Source of the DNA: Parachlamydiales bacterium
GTDB lineage: Bacteria; Chlamydiota; Chlamydiia; Chlamydiales; SM23-39
Assembly: GCA_019694475.1 (NCBI GenBank)
Contig: JAIBBX010000001.1
Span: 128,001-192,000 of the forward strand
Direction: 5' to 3'
Length of the DNA stretch: 64,000 nucleotides
Shown here: in pieces, positions 54,217 through 63,650 of the stretch
Numbering within the stretch: position 1 is the first letter of the stretch
How the letters are laid out: every line of letters begins with the position of its first letter
Position numbers and translations under genes: made by a program
Notes under the pieces: generated by a model
Told to the model about the DNA's origin: nothing
Database searches by the model: none
What the model saw: only the letters and a program-made list of their open reading frames with translations

Positions 54217-54630
54217 TTAGTCTTGTCTCAGATGATTAATGTCAGGAGAAATTGAAAAATCGCAAATAGCTTTGCCGTGGGCGCATGCTGCTTGGAATTC
54301 AGCTGCACCTGCGCTGCCCATGCTATGCCAATGATTGATCTCGTTAATATTGGTAGCTTGTGCAGAGTAATCTTTGACTAATTGGCTTAAATCTTGTCTT
54401 GCTTGCTGTGGATTGGTTCTAGAACTCGCTTCTTGATACAACTCACTGTAAACAGTGTGCTCATCTTGCTCGAGCTTTTGAATTGCTGCTAAATCTTTAG
54501 AGTATTGAGCAGGATCGGTGTCATTTTCTAGACGGCCGACTAAAGCTTTGATTTGCGAGTTATCTGAAGAGAATTCATTTAATAATTGAGCCCAAGAAGG
54601 TTGAGGGCAAATTGAATCAATCGATGACAT
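54217..54630 (-). CDS. Hypothetical protein
   Basis: The ATG at 54630 gives MSSIDSICPQPSW. No family was recognised. It is divergent from tpsA. Confidence 0.5.
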   Translation of the reverse strand: MSSIDSICPQPSWAQLLNEFSSDNSQIKALVGRLENDTDPAQYSKDLAAIQKLEQDEHTVYSELYQEASSRTNPQQARQDLSQLVKDYSAQATNINEINHWHSMGSAGAAEFQAACAHGKAICDFSISPDINHLRQD

Positions 54631-54782
54631 TTTTTTTATCCTTTTTATTATTTTGTACAACAAAATTTATTATATACAATATCTGTTAAGATTTTATAAA
54701 GATTGTGGTTATTGGGATTTTTTTCCAGCGCAAACCTATCCCAGAAATTTTTTCTTGAGTTTGTAAGTAAAAAAATTAGAGA

Positions 54783-57700
54783 ATGACAGCCATGTCTCGT
54801 TTTCTAACTCTTTCGTTTGCTCTTGCAAGCAATATCATATTTGCACATCCCGAAAATCCTCAGGTTCGTGCAGGGCAAGCTTCATTTGTACAGAATGAGC
54901 ATCTACTAGAAATCTTTGCGTCTGATAATGCAATCATTGGATGGAAAGATTTTTCGATTCAGTCTCATGAAACCGCACGGTTTGTTCTTCCTAGTCAATC
55001 CGCCAAAGTATTGAATCGGGTCATCGGCAAAATTCCGAGCTCGATTCAGGGAGCCTTAGAATCCAACGGACAAATTTTTCTTCTCAATCCCAACGGCGTT
55101 CTGATTGGAAAAGATGCCAAAATTAAGACAGCCGGTTTCTTTGTAACCACTTTTGAGCTTGCGGACGAAGATTTTTTAAGCGGCGGCTATTTTCAATTAG
55201 ATCCTGAGAATGGAATGGGGATCGAAAACCTAGGCCGGATCGAAGCGTTGGATGGAGAAATCTTTCTCATTGCAAAAACAGTGGAAAATCAAGGGTCCAT
55301 TATTGGGAAAAATGTGACCGTCGCAGCTGGGGGCGAATGGATCATTCAAAACCTAGATCCTAAAAGGCCGAAAATTAAAACATCAAAACAGCTATCTGAT
55401 TCCGAAGCTCTTAATCCATATGCTGCTGCAATTAGGCATAGCGGAGCGATCGAAGCGATCGGCTACGCGGAAAAAGATGGAAATATCTTCCTCATATCAG
55501 AAAATGAGATCGAACTCTTTGACCATGCAAATTTGACTAGTTTGAATGGAGGGGAGATTCGAGCGCTCGGGAAAAATATCTGCGTCGAAGAAAAAGTACA
55601 AATTGAAAGCAGCAGCGATGCTGGTGGAAAAATTGTCTTGGTCAGCGAAGGGGCGATGCAATTTTTGGGAACTGCCGTTGCTGAAGGGAAAGAGCTCGAT
55701 GGCGGGTTTGTTGAGATCTCTGGAAGTCCAATCCATTTTCACGGAATAGTTTCTACCTATTCTCAAAAGGGAAAAACAGGAACTCTTCTTCTTGATCCCT
55801 TAGATATTATGATCTCGACAGCCGCCGATTTTGCTGTAACGACTTTGCCAGGACCGATTTTTGAACCCACTGATCCTCTTTGCATGTCGAACTTGAGCAC
55901 CGCAACGCTGACCGGAGCATTAGCATCCAATAACGTCACTGTGAAAACTACTGGAACCGCAGGGGCATGCCTTGGCGACATCATTGTTAAAAGCCCATTT
56001 ACTTGGTCCTCTGCCAATTCTTTGACTTTCGACGCAGCGCACGATCTGATTGTGCAAGAACAAGTATATGCGACAGGGAAAGGGGCGATCATTGCGACAG
56101 TTGGCAATGCTGTTTCAATCAATCCAGGAGCAGGAGCAGGTCCTGCAGAACTGCGAACCACTCAAGGCGCCATTTCTTTAACTGCTGCTGCAAATGACAT
56201 TGTGGTTACAGGAGGGACTTTACCTTCAGCTTCCTCTGGAATTTTCAGCGACAGCGGAACGATCACTCTCTCGCCTCACATCAATTTGACTGTAATGGGA
56301 GGTCCTGGTGTAGGAGCTTATGCAGAAATTTCATCGCGAGCTGGCCCGATAAATGGCAGCATCGGCGCAGGAGGGGTGCTTACAGTTCAAGGGGGCGGAC
56401 CGAATGCATATGCACAGATCGGGGTGGGGACTGCCTCAACGGGTATAAATGTCTCCAGCACAATCACCTTCACATTTGATGTGAATGCAGGAGATTTAGA
56501 TGTACTTGGCGGCACATTCAGCGGTGCTTATGCTCAGATTGGACATGCTCCCCATCCAGCAGGGAATAATACAACAGTTGCAGGATCCATCATTTTCAAT
56601 CCTCCCAATTTAGGAGTTGGCAATAACATCAACGTAACTGGTGGAGGCATTCAATCTACAGCCATCATTGGGCATGGCAATGAACTGTCTGGGAATATCG
56701 CAACAGCATCAGGTGATTTTCAGATCTACGCTCAAGGAGCGATCACAGTTCAAGGCGGAACGATCGGAAGTCAGTCTCATGCAGTCATTGGCTTTCATAC
56801 ACCTGAGGGGGGGCCTTCTGGAAGTTATTCAGCGACTTCAAATCTTCTGGATGTAAGGACTTTGATTTCAGGAGATATTCTCATTAACGGCGGGACTGGA
56901 AGCAATGGCGTCATCGGCTACTATAACAATTCGTCATTAACTCCTCTTGCTAGCGTCGATATTAAGTCGATCAACATTGTGCCTACCGATTCGAACGTTG
57001 TCACTTTAACAGCAGGAAAATTGAATGCAACTCCTCACGGAGCTGCGGTTCTTGGAACAATGGATCTTCTAGGCAGCGCAAATTCCAATATCACGATTGT
57101 GAGCGGCGGTCTTTCTGTGTTAGGACCGCAGCTTGGAGCCAATGATGGGGCTGCTCGCTTAATCAATGGAAGACCGAACGTAAACGCAGGCAGAAGTATT
57201 TTGATCGACTGCGCTTCAACGCCTTTGATTGCAAGCATCGCAGTCTTAGGTGGAATCGGGCTAAGCCCTGGATTCGCAGAGATCTATTCCAGCGGAACTC
57301 TCAATATGCAGCTGTTCGGCCATCTCTATGTCAATCGCTCTTTGACAGTTGTCCCCATTTTGCAAAACGGTCCAGCTCAAATTGTCAGCTATGGAGCCAC
57401 GACCGTCAACGGTTCTTTCCCCTGTATGGATGTAGTTGTCTTGGGGGGAACCAATACAGGAATCAATTATAGGGGATCGGCTCTCTTCCAATCTATCTCT
57501 TCTACCATCAATGTAGGAACCGCTTTTAGCGCGGGCGCAATCGGTTTAACAGTTGGATATGTTTTTTCTGAAGCCCCCTCTCAAATTTTAACCTCGTCCG
57601 GGACCAGCGTCATTTCATATACCGGAGTCGGTGTTTTACAAGGAGGCCAGGCGAATCTAAATGCTCCTCATGCATCTGCTGAGATCCGCAGCGATTTGGG

Positions 57701-60700
57701 TAATTTACAATTGACAAACGGAATGTCTTTATCTCTGACTGGAGGGACTGGACTTCTCTGTTTTGCTGAAATCTCTTCAACAATGGGAAATGTCCTCATC
57801 AACAATATATCGGGTCCGATTACTCTATCGGGCGGAACTACCATTGGCGGCATCAATGCCTATGCGCAGATTGGTAGAGGGATCGGGATCAATACGCCTC
57901 AGGTGATGAGCAGCATCACTTTTGATAATATCGGCGCCGTATCTCTAACGGCATTTGATGGTCCTGGGGCCTATGTGCAAATCGGCCAATCTCCAACCGA
58001 TCCGGTTGCCCTCTCTACTGTCGTAGGGGATGTTATTTTCAATTCCGGGGCTGCAAATCTATTGCTTCAAGGAGGCTCTGCAATCACAAATACGGCGATC
58101 ATCGGACACGGCAACGAATTGACGCCAAGGCTTTTCAATGTATCTGGTTCTATTAATGTTATTGTGAATGCGGCAGGAACCTCTTCGCTTTTTGCAAGCC
58201 CAACGGTTGGACAGGCTCACGCGATCATTGGGTTTTGCAATCCGAAAGCAGGCTCAGCCGCCTCATTCAATGTAAACTCTGGATCTGTCTCTTTGCTCAG
58301 TAGGGGAAACACGCATCTCAAGGCTGGAGTTTTTGGCAGCAATGCAATCATTGGCTATTACAATGGGGTAAATCCTCAACTCACACCCGTTAATTTGACA
58401 ATCCAAAACGTCACAATGGATGGAAACAACGGGGCTGTCAACGTGTTGCTAGAAGCTGGTAATGATCCGGGGACTGGTGCAGTCGGAGAGGCTCCCGTCG
58501 GAATTGCAGCGATAGGAACGCTTGTGAATAGCGGAGGTTCATTTGCCTATAGCAATGTAACTGTGACTGCTTCTACGCTCACACTTCTTGGACCTACTGC
58601 AGGCAATAACGGATCGGCTCGGATTGTTAACAGCCATCCGAATACCGCAAATCCCGTATTCAATATAGCGATTCAACCAACCACCAACATCAATGTCCTT
58701 GGCGGGGTCGGATTGCCAAATGGATTTGCAGATATATATTCTACTAACAACCTGTCTATCCAATATTTTGGAAATTTTTATATCAATGAGGCTTTCCCCG
58801 TCTTTCAAAATGGATATGCCCATGTTGTCGCCAGTCAAAATGTCGAGATCAACACAACGGCTTTTGGCACAGATATGAGGCTCACAGGGGGCAATAGCAA
58901 TATGGCATCAGGGGGAAGCGCAGATGCGCTCATTCAAGCCTTGAATGGCCATTGCTTTGTTGGCAATTTTTCTCCCGCAACCAACAATATCTACATTGGA
59001 AGGACAGGCAGTGAATCGCCCTCAAAAATAGAGGCTTTTCAAGATCAAATAGCGGTTGGAGCATCTCTTGACATCATTTTGCAAGGCGGAAAAGCCAATT
59101 TAGGACCTCCTCAAGCGACTGCCCAAATCCGAAACTTGAATGGCGCTATTAATATAACCGCTGGACAGAATCTAACTTTGAATGGCGGGACCGGACCTTT
59201 AACTTTTGCTCAGATTGGCAGTTTCCATGGCAATGTGACTGTTTCACAAGTAGGAAAAGACCTAACCCTAAATGGAGGGAGCGGACTTCAAGCTTATGCT
59301 CAAATCGGAATCGGGTACGATTTGACTCAGGCGATCATCAATAGTTCCATCACCTTCTTCTTTGTCGGCGGCAAAATGATTTTAAATGGCGCTATAGCTG
59401 GCGATTCAGGATATGCGCAGATAGGTCATTCTCCATTTGGCGCGATGCTCTTTTATAGCGCAACAGGCGATGTTCTCTTTCCAACATTTGGTTCGATTGG
59501 ACTCGGACAACTCAATGGAGGCTCAGTCAATAACTCCACCGCGATCATTGGTCATGGAAATCCTTTGAGCAGCAACCTCAATATAGCGAGCGGAAGCATC
59601 ACAGCAGGCTCTTCAGACTTAGCAGGGCTTACTCTAAATGCGGGAACTGGTTCAGAAAGTCACGCCGTCATTGGATATTTTAATCCAGTGGGGGGCTCAA
59701 CTCCTTCATTCACCGTGCAATCGAACCAAATTTCGGTAAATACGCTTCAAGGTCCGATTACTCTCAATGCAAACGCTGCTATGAATGCAACAATCGGGTA
59801 CTATCACCCAGCAGCATCTGCCACTCCGATCAGTGTCCAAGTGGGGAATATCTCGATGCAAACTGGAACTGGTTTGCCCCCTCTTTTTTCAAATTTCATC
59901 AATTTGAACGCTGATACGGGATTTCCAAACGGAATTGCCTCAATCGGCACCTTCGGTCCTACGGGATCAACGACAAGATCGGGAATCAGGATTCAAGCAG
60001 TCGAATTAAATTTAAATGGCCCTCCAGCTGGAAAAGATGGAGCTGCTCGAGTGATCAACAATCAACCATTTATTTGTTCGTTTGATCTTGTTCAGATCTC
60101 AGCCCTGAATATCAATGTAATTGGCGGACTGGGAACTGGTTTTTCAGATATCTATTCATCCAATCAGATGACCCTTTCTTTCAATGGAACACTCAATGTT
60201 AATTTAAACCCTGCGGCTCCTGCAGTTTTACAAAACGGAAACGCAACAATCACCTCTTGTAAAGACTTAAATATAACCGCTTACGGCACGCCGCCGAACA
60301 ATCTGGGAAATATTTTCATCTTAGGCGGATCGAATCCTGCAGTCCAATCCCAAATCGTTTCGAACACAGGGAATGTGAATGTGGGCAATTATCTGATGGA
60401 TATGCAAGGCGCAAAGCAAATCAATATCGGAAGAGCCGATATGATGGGGCCCGCTCGAATGACAGCGGCGCAAGGAAACATCAACTTGGTCACCTCAGGT
60501 TCTGTAAATATCTCTGGGGGAGCGGCTGCAGGCGCAGATGCTGATCTTACCGCTTTTGGAAGCTTGATAGGAACTGTGGGCGGCGATTTCGACGTAACCG
60601 GAGGCGTATTTGGAAATGCAACGGCAGTTGCTGGAAATGGACCGATCAATCTAGTTTCACGCGGGTCAGTCAATCTGATTGCCCAAGGAGCAACTACCGC

Positions 60701-61451
60701 TTCGATTGTCGAGCTAGGTTTGAACAACGATAGTGTTACGATCGAAGCTGTGAATAATCTGAATATGGGTCTGAATACATTCATTCAAAATCAAGGTAGC
60801 GGAAATATGGTTCTTAACGCAGGAGCCGATGCTGTTTTGATGAATAATGCGTACATTCAAAATTTGATGAACGGATCGCTCAATTTCTTCACAGGCATCT
60901 CCATGTATTTGCTCAACCAATCGCAAATTTTGTCGAATGGCGGCTCTGTGTCGCTAGTGGTCGACAACCTGTTTCCAACAGAAGCGATTGGTATAGGCAA
61001 TGGCGCTTTTCTTATGGATGGTGGAGCTGTCGTTAACTCGAATGGCGGGCTAACAAGAATTTTTACAGCTCGTAGGCCCTTGAATCGAATCGAGGGAGTG
61101 ATCAATGGACAGATTTTTGTCCCGGGACCCGAATTCGTCAATAGTAATGAGGAGATCTGGGGCGTTTATTATTTTTCCGCTCTTGGAGGAAATCCATTCA
61201 CAGTCTTTTATAAAGAGATTGTACCAATCCCTGTTGTTCCTGCGATCAACAATCTGGTCACTCGCAGTAATAATGAATTCTACTATGATTTGAGATCTTT
61301 TGATGATTTCATTTTTACCGCCATTCCAATCAATGTCTATTACGACTCCAAATATTTCGCCGAAGAAACGCTTGATTACAGATCCCTACGCAGGTTCTAT
61401 CGAGATTATCATCTGCTGCATATTGATACTTTAGGAGAGGGAGATGAATAG
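54783..61451 (+). CDS. Two-partner-secretion exoprotein (TpsA; filamentous-hemagglutinin-like, 2222 aa)
   Basis: It has a signal peptide (MSRFLTLSFALASNIIFA). The N-terminal TPS/hemagglutination-activity domain reads ...IIGWKDFSIQSHETARFVLPSQSAKVLNRVIG...IQGALESNGQIFLLNPNGVLIG. The remainder is long, Gly/Asn/Thr-rich and beta-helix-like. It is followed by and overlaps a TpsB gene. Confidence 0.85.
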   Translation: MTAMSRFLTLSFALASNIIFAHPENPQVRAGQASFVQNEHLLEIFASDNAIIGWKDFSIQSHETARFVLPSQSAKVLNRVIGKIPSSIQGALESNGQIFLLNPNGVLIGKDAKIKTAGFFVTTFELADEDFLSGGYFQLDPENGMGIENLGRIEALDGEIFLIAKTVENQGSIIGKNVTVAAGGEWIIQNLDPKRPKIKTSKQLSDSEALNPYAAAIRHSGAIEAIGYAEKDGNIFLISENEIELFDHANLTSLNGGEIRALGKNICVEEKVQIESSSDAGGKIVLVSEGAMQFLGTAVAEGKELDGGFVEISGSPIHFHGIVSTYSQKGKTGTLLLDPLDIMISTAADFAVTTLPGPIFEPTDPLCMSNLSTATLTGALASNNVTVKTTGTAGACLGDIIVKSPFTWSSANSLTFDAAHDLIVQEQVYATGKGAIIATVGNAVSINPGAGAGPAELRTTQGAISLTAAANDIVVTGGTLPSASSGIFSDSGTITLSPHINLTVMGGPGVGAYAEISSRAGPINGSIGAGGVLTVQGGGPNAYAQIGVGTASTGINVSSTITFTFDVNAGDLDVLGGTFSGAYAQIGHAPHPAGNNTTVAGSIIFNPPNLGVGNNINVTGGGIQSTAIIGHGNELSGNIATASGDFQIYAQGAITVQGGTIGSQSHAVIGFHTPEGGPSGSYSATSNLLDVRTLISGDILINGGTGSNGVIGYYNNSSLTPLASVDIKSINIVPTDSNVVTLTAGKLNATPHGAAVLGTMDLLGSANSNITIVSGGLSVLGPQLGANDGAARLINGRPNVNAGRSILIDCASTPLIASIAVLGGIGLSPGFAEIYSSGTLNMQLFGHLYVNRSLTVVPILQNGPAQIVSYGATTVNGSFPCMDVVVLGGTNTGINYRGSALFQSISSTINVGTAFSAGAIGLTVGYVFSEAPSQILTSSGTSVISYTGVGVLQGGQANLNAPHASAEIRSDLGNLQLTNGMSLSLTGGTGLLCFAEISSTMGNVLINNISGPITLSGGTTIGGINAYAQIGRGIGINTPQVMSSITFDNIGAVSLTAFDGPGAYVQIGQSPTDPVALSTVVGDVIFNSGAANLLLQGGSAITNTAIIGHGNELTPRLFNVSGSINVIVNAAGTSSLFASPTVGQAHAIIGFCNPKAGSAASFNVNSGSVSLLSRGNTHLKAGVFGSNAIIGYYNGVNPQLTPVNLTIQNVTMDGNNGAVNVLLEAGNDPGTGAVGEAPVGIAAIGTLVNSGGSFAYSNVTVTASTLTLLGPTAGNNGSARIVNSHPNTANPVFNIAIQPTTNINVLGGVGLPNGFADIYSTNNLSIQYFGNFYINEAFPVFQNGYAHVVASQNVEINTTAFGTDMRLTGGNSNMASGGSADALIQALNGHCFVGNFSPATNNIYIGRTGSESPSKIEAFQDQIAVGASLDIILQGGKANLGPPQATAQIRNLNGAINITAGQNLTLNGGTGPLTFAQIGSFHGNVTVSQVGKDLTLNGGSGLQAYAQIGIGYDLTQAIINSSITFFFVGGKMILNGAIAGDSGYAQIGHSPFGAMLFYSATGDVLFPTFGSIGLGQLNGGSVNNSTAIIGHGNPLSSNLNIASGSITAGSSDLAGLTLNAGTGSESHAVIGYFNPVGGSTPSFTVQSNQISVNTLQGPITLNANAAMNATIGYYHPAASATPISVQVGNISMQTGTGLPPLFSNFINLNADTGFPNGIASIGTFGPTGSTTRSGIRIQAVELNLNGPPAGKDGAARVINNQPFICSFDLVQISALNINVIGGLGTGFSDIYSSNQMTLSFNGTLNVNLNPAAPAVLQNGNATITSCKDLNITAYGTPPNNLGNIFILGGSNPAVQSQIVSNTGNVNVGNYLMDMQGAKQINIGRADMMGPARMTAAQGNINLVTSGSVNISGGAAAGADADLTAFGSLIGTVGGDFDVTGGVFGNATAVAGNGPINLVSRGSVNLIAQGATTASIVELGLNNDSVTIEAVNNLNMGLNTFIQNQGSGNMVLNAGADAVLMNNAYIQNLMNGSLNFFTGISMYLLNQSQILSNGGSVSLVVDNLFPTEAIGIGNGAFLMDGGAVVNSNGGLTRIFTARRPLNRIEGVINGQIFVPGPEFVNSNEEIWGVYYFSALGGNPFTVFYKEIVPIPVVPAINNLVTRSNNEFYYDLRSFDDFIFTAIPINVYYDSKYFAEETLDYRSLRRFYRDYHLLHIDTLGEGDE
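56232..60452 (+). repeat. Three tandem ~1.44-kb (~480-aa) diverged super-repeats within tpsA
   Basis: The ordered motif ladder recurs three times. The first motif ((F/Y)A(E/Q)I) begins at 56314, 57759 and 59201. Repeat starts are approximately 56232, 57672 and 59115, with a partial fourth start near 60453. Confidence 0.8.
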
Positions 61452-63048
61452 GAGAATTATTACTTCTCTTCTTTTTGTATTCGCATTGGAAGCTGCTCAA
61501 CTGAAATCGATTGTTTTGCTAGGTCCAGATTGTCAAACGCATCGGCTAATACCAACTTCCTGTGTCGCCACCAAAGGCTTCGAATTTCCGAAATTGACAA
61601 GAGAACTTGAAGCGAATATTGCCTGGGGTACCGAGATTGATCGCGAGCTCGTTCTAGAGATTCGTAAAGAGATCATCCGCACATTTAGAAGACTTGGCAG
61701 ACCCATAGTGATAGTTGAAATTCCGCCTCAAAGCCTTGCTAGCGGAGTCATACACTATCAAGTGATTCAAGGGCTGCTTGGAGAAATTCGCGCGTCAGGA
61801 AGTTGTTGGTATAGCAATCGGCTTTTTGAAAGGTCGATCCATTTAACGCCAGGTTGTCCGATCGATGAATACCAACTGCTGAATGATGTAGCTCTTTTAA
61901 ACCGAAGCCCTTTCCATCGGACCGATGTCGTTTACACTCCAAGCGAAGTTCAAGGCTATACAAATGTTGAACTGATCACCAGAGATCGGTTTCCTCTTCG
62001 AGTTTATGTGGGGGGAGACAACACCGGAACACGCCAAATCGACCGTCTTCGATTTTTTACGGGATTTGATTGTGGATATGCCTTTGGATTGGACCAAACG
62101 TTTTCCTATCAATACACAGCATCTCCCAATTTTTCGGAATTTCAGTCTCACACCTTCCATTACTTTGGGGCTCTGCCATGGGGCCATGTTTTTTTATTGT
62201 TTGGCGGATTTGCTACTGTGAAACCTCCGGATAGCAGTTTTACTCACTCGGAGGGCAAAAGCGGACAGGCGAGTATTCGATATGAAATTCCCATTCAATC
62301 TCTTTTTGAGGGCTGGCTCCATGAGCTTCAGTTGGGTTTCGATGGAAAATCGACGAATAATAACCTGATTTTCCTCGGATCAGGAGAGCCTGCGATTTTA
62401 CAAAATACTGCGAACCTTTCCCAGTTTGTTTTGGGATATGATATTGGCTGGAAAAATCTAGCCCATATTTTCAGTCTTAATGTTCTTTTCTTTTATTCAC
62501 CTGGCCGGATGCTCGCGAATGAAGAAGATGAGGACCTTGCAGTCTTTCGCGCAGGGGCAAAAAATCAATATTTATACGGTAAGGCAGCTCTGAGTTACGA
62601 ATATACCTATTCGGAAGTCTTCGGCATCTGGTTTCAAGGGAGATTTCAGAAAAGTTCTAGACCTCTTCTAGCGTCCGAACAGATTTCTATTGGAGGATAT
62701 GACACAGTTAGAGGTTTTGATGAAAGGCTCTATAATGGGGATAATGGGGTGATCGGGAATTTTGAATTCCAATCTCCAGAATACGCGATCATCGGAAACT
62801 TTAAGCCTCGTTGCAAAGATCGATTTATGGGACTTTGGTTTTTTGATTGCGGGTTTGCTGAACTCATGGAAAAAGTCATAGGAGAACCAAGAAGAGCTTT
62901 TCTAGCGTCTACAGGTCCAGCTGTTCATTATCGAATTGGAGATTGGTTTTCCGCCCGCGCCGCTTATGGTTTTAAGCTGCACAATGTAAAAAGCCTGGGC
63001 GATAGCTCGCTGGGCAAGCTCCATGCAGGACTCATTATTAGCTATTAG
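61444..63048 (+). CDS. TpsB outer-membrane transporter (ShlB/FhaC/HecB family; POTRA plus 16-strand barrel)
   Basis: It has a signal peptide, a POTRA-like sequence VIHYQVIQGLLGEIRASG, and the conserved L6 motif GGYDTVRGF. It has the C-terminal alternating-strand pattern. It overlaps the tpsA stop by 8 nt. Confidence 0.85.
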   Translation: MNRRIITSLLFVFALEAAQLKSIVLLGPDCQTHRLIPTSCVATKGFEFPKLTRELEANIAWGTEIDRELVLEIRKEIIRTFRRLGRPIVIVEIPPQSLASGVIHYQVIQGLLGEIRASGSCWYSNRLFERSIHLTPGCPIDEYQLLNDVALLNRSPFHRTDVVYTPSEVQGYTNVELITRDRFPLRVYVGGDNTGTRQIDRLRFFTGFDCGYAFGLDQTFSYQYTASPNFSEFQSHTFHYFGALPWGHVFLLFGGFATVKPPDSSFTHSEGKSGQASIRYEIPIQSLFEGWLHELQLGFDGKSTNNNLIFLGSGEPAILQNTANLSQFVLGYDIGWKNLAHIFSLNVLFFYSPGRMLANEEDEDLAVFRAGAKNQYLYGKAALSYEYTYSEVFGIWFQGRFQKSSRPLLASEQISIGGYDTVRGFDERLYNGDNGVIGNFEFQSPEYAIIGNFKPRCKDRFMGLWFFDCGFAELMEKVIGEPRRAFLASTGPAVHYRIGDWFSARAAYGFKLHNVKSLGDSSLGKLHAGLIISY

Positions 63049-63481
63049 GCGGATATAGAGATAAAAAGAGTCTGATTTGGCCGATAAGGCCATTTTTGGA
63101 ATTGAATGTGCCAAGAATTTCCATACAGTAGATGATATTGGCTGTCCCGTCGTTATCCTTATTACAAGAAGTTTGATATAAGGACTCTGTGCAGTAGGGT
63201 TGCGGGACGGTTAGAAAGTTCAAAATGCTCTGGCATGATGGGCTGTTATATGCACTGGGATCTTCCGTTTTTAACAGATTCAAATCATTCACCACTATCT
63301 GAATCCATTGCATCATCGGAAAAATAATGATCGAATTTTCCAATCCTTCTTGCTGATATGAAAGAGCCTGTACAAATAATGGGAGCAGCATTTCTCCCAT
63401 ATCGTATTCAATTTGAGCTAAAATGGGATTGCTTTGCGCACCCGCCGCTCCTGAAATTGGATTGATTTCTTCTGTTATCAT
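63038..63481 (-). CDS. Hypothetical protein
   Basis: 147-aa ORF. Its 3' end overlaps the tpsB 3' end by 11 nt. No family was recognised. Confidence 0.45.
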   Translation of the reverse strand: MITEEINPISGAAGAQSNPILAQIEYDMGEMLLPLFVQALSYQQEGLENSIIIFPMMQWIQIVVNDLNLLKTEDPSAYNSPSCQSILNFLTVPQPYCTESLYQTSCNKDNDGTANIIYCMEILGTFNSKNGLIGQIRLFLSLYPPNS

Positions 63482-63564
63482 CTTATCTTTATTTTATTTC
63501 TATTTCATTAATATGTCAAAATCATATTATACGCAAAACAAATTATCCTGTTAAAATATTTTTA

Positions 63565-63593
63565 TTGACGAGTCAATGGTTATTTTATATAAT
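63565..63593 (+). promoter_or_regulatory. Near-consensus sigma-70-type promoter TTGACG-17 nt-TATAAT
   Basis: TTGACG is at 63565..63570 and TATAAT at 63588..63593, with a spacer of exactly 17 nt. It lies about 58 nt upstream of the ATG at 63651. The -35 element is embedded in the palindrome TTGAC-GA-GTCAA. Confidence 0.55.
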
Positions 63594-63650
63594 TAGAAAT
63601 GAGTCGGAAGACTAATATAAACAAACAAAAATAATAAAAGGGTTAAAACA

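Noticed and set aside
54783-61451. Classification of the giant protein as a chlamydial Pmp autotransporter or as a CdiA toxin.
   Set aside because: It shows no enrichment of GGA(I/L/V) or FxxN tetrapeptides and no C-terminal autotransporter barrel. It has a separate TpsB instead. There is no VENN/pretoxin boundary and no cognate immunity-like ORF downstream.
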